Source: the human T2T-CHM13v2.0 reference genome, Homo sapiens
NCBI RefSeq assembly: GCF_009914755.1
Contig: NC_060934.1
Strand: one strand, 5' to 3'
Length of the DNA stretch: 64,000 bases
The notes under the pieces: model-generated
Told to the model about the DNA's origin: nothing
The model's input: the letters and a program-made list of their open reading frames with translations, nothing else
The model's database searches: none
Position numbers and translations under genes: made by a program
In this document: in pieces, positions 58,080-64,000 of the stretch
Numbering within the stretch: position 1 is the stretch's first letter
Layout of the letters: each line of letters starts with the position of its first letter

Positions 58080-58721
58080 CAGTGGGAACATCTTGTGTTT
58101 GTATTCTGTGATTCATTACTTTTTGGAAGTTATTTGGACAAAGATTGTCAAGAATTGCTTCAAAATGCATCCCACTGATGCTCACGTTCTCGTTTCCTAA
58201 TTGCTGATGGGGAAGCTTTTGCTCCTCCTGTTGTAGTCACTGCTTCTGCCCATGTGTGTTGGGGGCTCCTCACAGTTCATACAGCAGCACTGTTTTGAGA
58301 CATCAGCTCCCAGCCCTTACTGTTACAACATGCATGTCACATAGCACCCCGTTTTTCAAAATCATTTTTGTTGGCTTGTGATTATCCTCATAAAAGGTGC
58401 TTAATTGGAAGCCTCACAGCTGTAGCTTTCTGTTTATAGCCACTGAGTAGGTACAGTTAAGCTGACTGCATTTTACGTGTTGTGAGCCACGGCCCGGGAA
58501 TGGAGAGATTCAGGCTGTCTCTAAGACAGAGCTATGGGGAGAAGCTGTACATGACTTACTGGAAGGTAAGCATTCAGGCTTAGACAGTTGAAGAACTTGG
58601 TCAAGATGTGCTGTTTTGTACATTCATTTTGACTTTGTTAAACTTAAAATATCCTTTGGAAATGAAACTTTTCTTTACTAGATTTAGTTAGATATATGAG
58701 TGAATACAAATTCATATAATA

Positions 58722-59142
58722 TAGTTGACTCTTGAATACTATGAGTTTGAACTGTATGGGTCCACTTATGTGTGGATTTTCTTGCACCTATGCCACCCCT
58801 GAGACCTCAAGACCAACTCTCTTCTTCTGCCTCCTTCTCAGCCTGCTCAGTGTGCAGGTAATGAGGATGAAGAACTTTATGATGATCCACTTCCACTTAA
58901 TGAATAGTAAATGTGATTTTCTAATAATATTTTCTCTAGCTTACTGTATTTTAATAATACATTATATAATACATGTAACATAGAAAATATGTTTTAATCA
59001 GCTGTTTATGCTATCTGTAAGGCTTCCAGTCAGTAGTAGGGTACTAGTAGCTAAGTTTTAGGGGAGTGAAAAGTTGTACGTGGATTTTCTACTTCCAAAG
59101 GTAGTTGCTGACCCAACCCCTGTGTTGTTTAAGGGTCAACTA
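58722..59142 (+). mobile_element. Tigger2a (MER28) DNA transposon
   Basis: TIRs tagttgactcttgaa / tttaagggtcaacta; tttgaactgtatgggtccacttat; gatgatccacttccacttaatgaatag. Confidence 0.85.
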
Positions 59143-59262
59143 GAATCCTTTTTTTCTCACAAATGGATAATTTAAAATAGAATTAGACTTGATAAGAACA
59201 CTTCACTAGTTTTTACTTGGGTATTTATGTGTGTACATACTTTTTAGGCAGTCATTTTAAAA

Positions 59263-59265
<3 letters not shown>

Positions 59266-59295
<30 letters not shown>
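59266..59295. repeat. (TA)n microsatellite
   Basis: About 14 units. Confidence 0.95.
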
Positions 59296-59298
<3 letters not shown>

Positions 59299-59299
59299 C

Positions 59300-59830
59300 C
59301 AATAAAATTTGGAAAATAAAAAAAATTTAATATAATCATACTCTTCCCTGGCATACACATTTTGATCTTGTGATGAATGTTCCTAGTTTTTATGTGTTTA
59401 TTTAAAGAATAATAGTTACAATCATGTTTCACATGTAATTTTATAATCCACTTAAAAATCATGCCTTATTTTCTTTTTTATGCAGTTTATCATAATCATT
59501 TTTCCTTATTGCTTCAAAGAGTTTTGCAAATCCAAATCATCTTTTCAAATGACCTTAAAATGTTTGAAAAAGTGTCTATATCTAAATTTTCTTAATTCCC
59601 ATATTGGTTTTTCCTTGTTTTTGCTTATTATGTGTATTACTAAGATGACATGTTTGTGGCAGTAGTTTTTCTTCTTTCTCTTCTTACTTGGATTATATTT
59701 TTAAGACCTAGACTCTTAGAAGTAGAATTACTGGATCAAGTACATGGAAACTATAGTTATTCTTTATATAAACCAAATTATTCTTCAAAATGGTTGTGTG
59801 AATTTACACTTCCGCCATTGTACAAACACT
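59300..59830 (-). mobile_element. Highly diverged L1ME-type 3' fragment
   Basis: cttagaagtagaattactggatcaag...ttcttcaaaatggttgtgtgaatttacacttcc. Confidence 0.5.
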
Positions 59831-61471
59831 ACATCATTACTAGTGCTTATGATATTACTGAATCTCAGGGTTATAATTATATAAATTATACAATCTTCAA
59901 CTGAGGTAAAATCTTTTAAGTTACCTGGGAAAATACACCATTTAAAAAAGGATGGATTCAAGGGTTGTATCTTGAATTGAAGATCAAAAATTTATTTTCA
60001 AATCTTTCTCGAATTAATCTAAGCAGATTTAGCAAAATTAGAAAGATATTCTAGAGAATGTTTACATTATATATTTCAGGATAGGTGTCTCAGCCATGAA
60101 GATCCAGAACTTGATAGAGCATTGCCAACTATTAAAGAGAATAAACTTTTATTACCTTTTTAGAAGGACTTGAATATTTTGAGGCTGGTGAATAAATGAG
60201 GCCTGAAACATTTAAGTTTCTTGAATTTAAGAAGAAAAATGAGTTTAAGCTTTCCAAAGTAAACAAAGTAGGAAAAGCAGCTGAGAAGATAGAACTGTTC
60301 AAGATAATAATACTTATAGGACCACTATGCAACTGTAGCAGATTCATTTTAATTGAGATAGAATTTGACTCCTTAACCAAAGTTACAATTCTGGGAATAA
60401 GAATAAAGTTATGGCTTAGAGTATGACCAATGTGTTTGCATCATAAATGTACGCACATATTTTTTGAAAGGAAATCGAGGTAACATTATGTTATAACTTT
60501 TATGCTAGGCCAAAGACTATTACCTAAAAATTACTCTTCAAGCATTGTTTGAAATGAAAACCATATTTAAAGGTGGTTTGCTGCCTACTGATGAAAAATG
60601 AATTCATGTTAAGAAACCAAGGACTTTAAACGGAATAAATTATAATCAGATGTTAGATTTAGACCAGCTTTAACAAAAACAAATGATTCTTTTCAGAGAT
60701 GAAAACTGATGGCTTAGCCCTCAAAGCATCTATCTTTTTTCAAACTAAATGTCTTGAGAGAAGGGGATCTGCTTAATTTCATAAAAGTAGGTGTGTGATT
60801 TATCAGCAGCAAATTGCTGAGTTTAAGAAATAAGAACTTCCCTAACTCCCCTAAATGTTTCCCTAGGCCTTCTAAATGAGAATACTTTGATTTGTAGTAA
60901 CTTGATTATGCAAAGCTATATTTTGCAGAAGGTTAAAACAGGACCCATTGGGATCATAGACCAGATCCCTTCTGAATGATGACCCTTGCTGCCTTTGTTT
61001 GCATGTCCACACTTACTCCGTAAACCTCTGGATTATAGACTTGGTCTTCTTGAGTAAAGAAAATCCTCCAGTTCCACTGGACACCTGCTGATTTACTTTA
61101 GCACTTCAGGCCTCTTTTAATGAGATGCAGTATGAGACAGTCTTAGGGCTCAAAAGGCATTTAATAGATCAAGTTTAGAATATTTTAATGTTAAAATGTC
61201 TATCAGTGACTGCTTCTACCATCCTTCATTTCACCTTGAAAAACAGCTCTTTTAGGTCATAATGAGTTGTGCTAAACACTGAGAGCAAATTTGAATCTCT
61301 TACTTGCCTCAGAGTAATTAAAAGAGAGAATTGTTTCCTCACATTTCTCTGTAATCATGGGGTTAAGTTAAATATGGGATAGATGGTAATGAGTACAACT
61401 AGTTAGGATTATAGGAGGCCAACTTGACTGATGGTTTGGAAATAAGTAGTGTTGATTTCACCATGTGATTC

Positions 61472-61650
61472 CAGTGGTGTCACAATGCTTGAGACTTACC
61501 TGTGTGTAAAATTTACCTGGCATGCTTGCAAAAATGCAGATTCCTGGGATCCCAGAAAGATTAAAATTCAGTGGGATCTGTGGGTGGGGCATAAGAACTT
61601 GATTTTTCTCGTGAGCACCCCGCTACCTCTATGTATCTTCAAGTAAGTTG
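61472..61650. mobile_element. MER5-type hAT-Charlie MITE
   Basis: tttacctggcatgcttgcaaaaatgcagattcctgggatcccaga...attcagtgggatctgtgggtgggg. Confidence 0.7.
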
Positions 61651-62511
61651 GTATGCCGTCAGTCCACTGTAGAGCGTAATAGTTGATACACTGAGTTAGT
61701 CAGTGTGTCCAATGAAAAAATATACATTTTGTGGTATAGTTAAATGTATTAGCAAGTTAAAAGATGGAAGGATCATGCAGATTAATTATCCATTTGGTAG
61801 TTCACAGGTCAATTTTGTGGGGAGGGTGAAATTATATAGAATGTACATTGATGGAGGTGGAATTCTACTTGCAGTGAAAATGCCAATCTTCCATAATAGT
61901 TATTATCAGGAGTGGGAGGCCAATAACATTCTGTTCGTTCAATTTCTAAAATCATGAAGTCAATAGAAAAGTGGGCAACTAGTTACTCATTTGGTACTTA
62001 AGTAATTAATGAGTAATTTAATACTTAATAGGTAATTAAGTACGTAATAAGTATTGCCAATATTAGTTAGGCCTGTGGAGTTTTTCATAACGGTCTTCAA
62101 ATAAGTTCAGATCTATATTTCTGTTATGTGCAAGGGGGTCCCTCTTCTTTTTTGAATGCTTCATCTACTCACTGCCTTTCCATTTGTTTGGCCTTTCTTT
62201 GCTTCTGCTTTCTGACTAATTCTGCACTTCCAAGAAGACTTCAAAGCAATAGAGCCCTCCAGATTTTTGCCACATGGATGGTTCACTTAATTATCCTCTG
62301 ATAGTCCTAGTATTGTGTGCCCAGTCCCACTGGGGAGAGGTGGGGCAGTAGAACTCCTGAGACTTGCTACTGCTGTATTGAGGGCCACAGTGATAAACAC
62401 ATTGTTGTCTTATAGTCTGTTTGATATTTAGACTACTCAAATTTAACCATAATCTTTAAAAATAAAATGTAAATATAAATACTATTAGGTCATGAACAAA
62501 AAAAATTAAGC

Positions 62512-62841
<330 letters not shown>

Positions 62842-62879
62842 TCATGCTTTTATGTCTTTAGAAAACATAGTTGGAATGG

Positions 62880-63237
62880 TGTCTTAGTCTGTTTGGGCTG
62901 CTATAGCAGAATACCATATACTGGATAGCTTATAAACAGAAATTTATTTCTCACAGTTCTGGAGACTGGGAAGTTCATGATCAAGGTGCTGGCAGATTTG
63001 GTGTCCTTTGAGGCCCGACTTTCTGGATCAGAGACAGTGCCTTCTATTTGTTTCCTCATGTGGTGGAAGGCAAGAGGCACCTATCTATGTTCTCTCTTAT
63101 GAGGGTGCTAATCCCATTTTGAGGGTACCACCCTCATGACCTAATGACTTCCCAAGGGCCCCACCTCCTAATAGCATTACCTTGGGGGTTAGCATTTCAG
63201 CATATGACTATGAAGGCAAAACATTTAGACCAGAGCA
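62880..63237 (-). mobile_element. MaLR solo LTR (MLT1A-like), complete
   Basis: tgtcttagtctgtttgggctgctatagc...tttctcacagttctggagactgggaag...accagagca; TSD aatgg at 62875-62879 and 63238-63242. Confidence 0.9.
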
Positions 63238-63632
63238 AATGGTCTAGGCCAGATTATCACACTTGTCCTTTGTATTCTCTTTGTGGTGTGAGTACTAAGC
63301 TAAAATAGCCTAGAATATTAAAAATCGTCACGTAATATATACGTATAGTTTAAAAATGAAATAGTATAAAAAGACTTATGATGAAAACACAATATCCTTC
63401 CCCACAAAACATACTCTGTTCCCTAGATGTAGCTGCTTTTTATTCCTTGAGCTGTTTCTTGCTGATTCTTCATTTTCGAAATCTGTTTATTGCATTCTCC
63501 CCATTCATTACCTTTAGCCATTGTCTGTTGTATTCTTTTGTGGTAGAAAGGATTTACCTTTTATCCTCCTCTGTTTTCCCAATAAAGTTTAATGACAAGT
63601 TTTAGCTTAATCAATATTCAGTGTGTATATTT

Positions 63633-63957
63633 TATTTGTCCTTTGGTGTCTATGGGGGATTTGTTCCAGGACCTCCTATGGATACCAAAACCTGATGCTC
63701 AAGGCCCTGACATAAAATGGGATAATATTTGGATATAACCTGTGCATATCCTCTGTACACTTTAATCTCTAGATTACTTACAATACCTGATACAATGTAA
63801 ATGATATGCAAATAGTTGTTATACTGTATTGTTTAGAGAATAATGTCAAAAAAGGCTGTATTTGTTTAGTATAGACACAATTTTCTGTTGAATATTTTTG
63901 ATCCACATTTGGTTGAATTCACAGACATGGAACCCAGGGAATGTGGAGCGCTGACTC
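63633..63957 (+). mobile_element. MER2 (TcMar-Tigger) DNA transposon
   Basis: gggggatttgttccaggacctcc...gataccaaaa...gatgctcaag...tctctagattactta...tagttgttatactgtattgtttag...ggttgaattc. Confidence 0.85.
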
Positions 63958-64000
63958 TCTATCATCTATGTTGTTGTTTCCTGACAAGCAACTAATATAC

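Overview
This is primate, very likely human, genomic DNA: AT-rich, CpG-depleted and more than half interspersed repeats (Alu J/S/Y and fossil monomers, L1PA/PB/MA/MB/MC/ME, L2, MIR, MLT1/LTR16/MER11 LTRs, Tigger/Charlie/MER2/MER5/MER94 DNA transposons). I can support no host protein-coding exon, RNA gene or CRISPR array. The only ORFs with recognisable protein homology are broken L1 ORF1/ORF2 pieces. The T-rich + strand and mostly antisense L1 copies suggest a large intron of a + strand gene, which I cannot name. The most unusual items are: (1) a CpG-rich ~70-bp cassette of no family I recognise, present twice (37597-37670 and 39764-39834), with the second copy between 11-bp direct repeats; (2) a ~99% identical 470-bp non-tandem duplication (9919-10388, copied from 11665-12134) with repair-type junctions; (3) a FLAM_A monomer retroposed together with a unique 3' tail ending in CTTT; (4) one target site used by both a near full-length L1PA and a trimeric Alu; (5) an 18-bp array of POU-type motifs and a TTTTAGGGG(TA)n minisatellite ending in a perfect palindrome. 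Repeat subfamily names come from recalled consensus sequences. Boundaries of old repeats are approximate. I found no evidence for a new multi-gene system.
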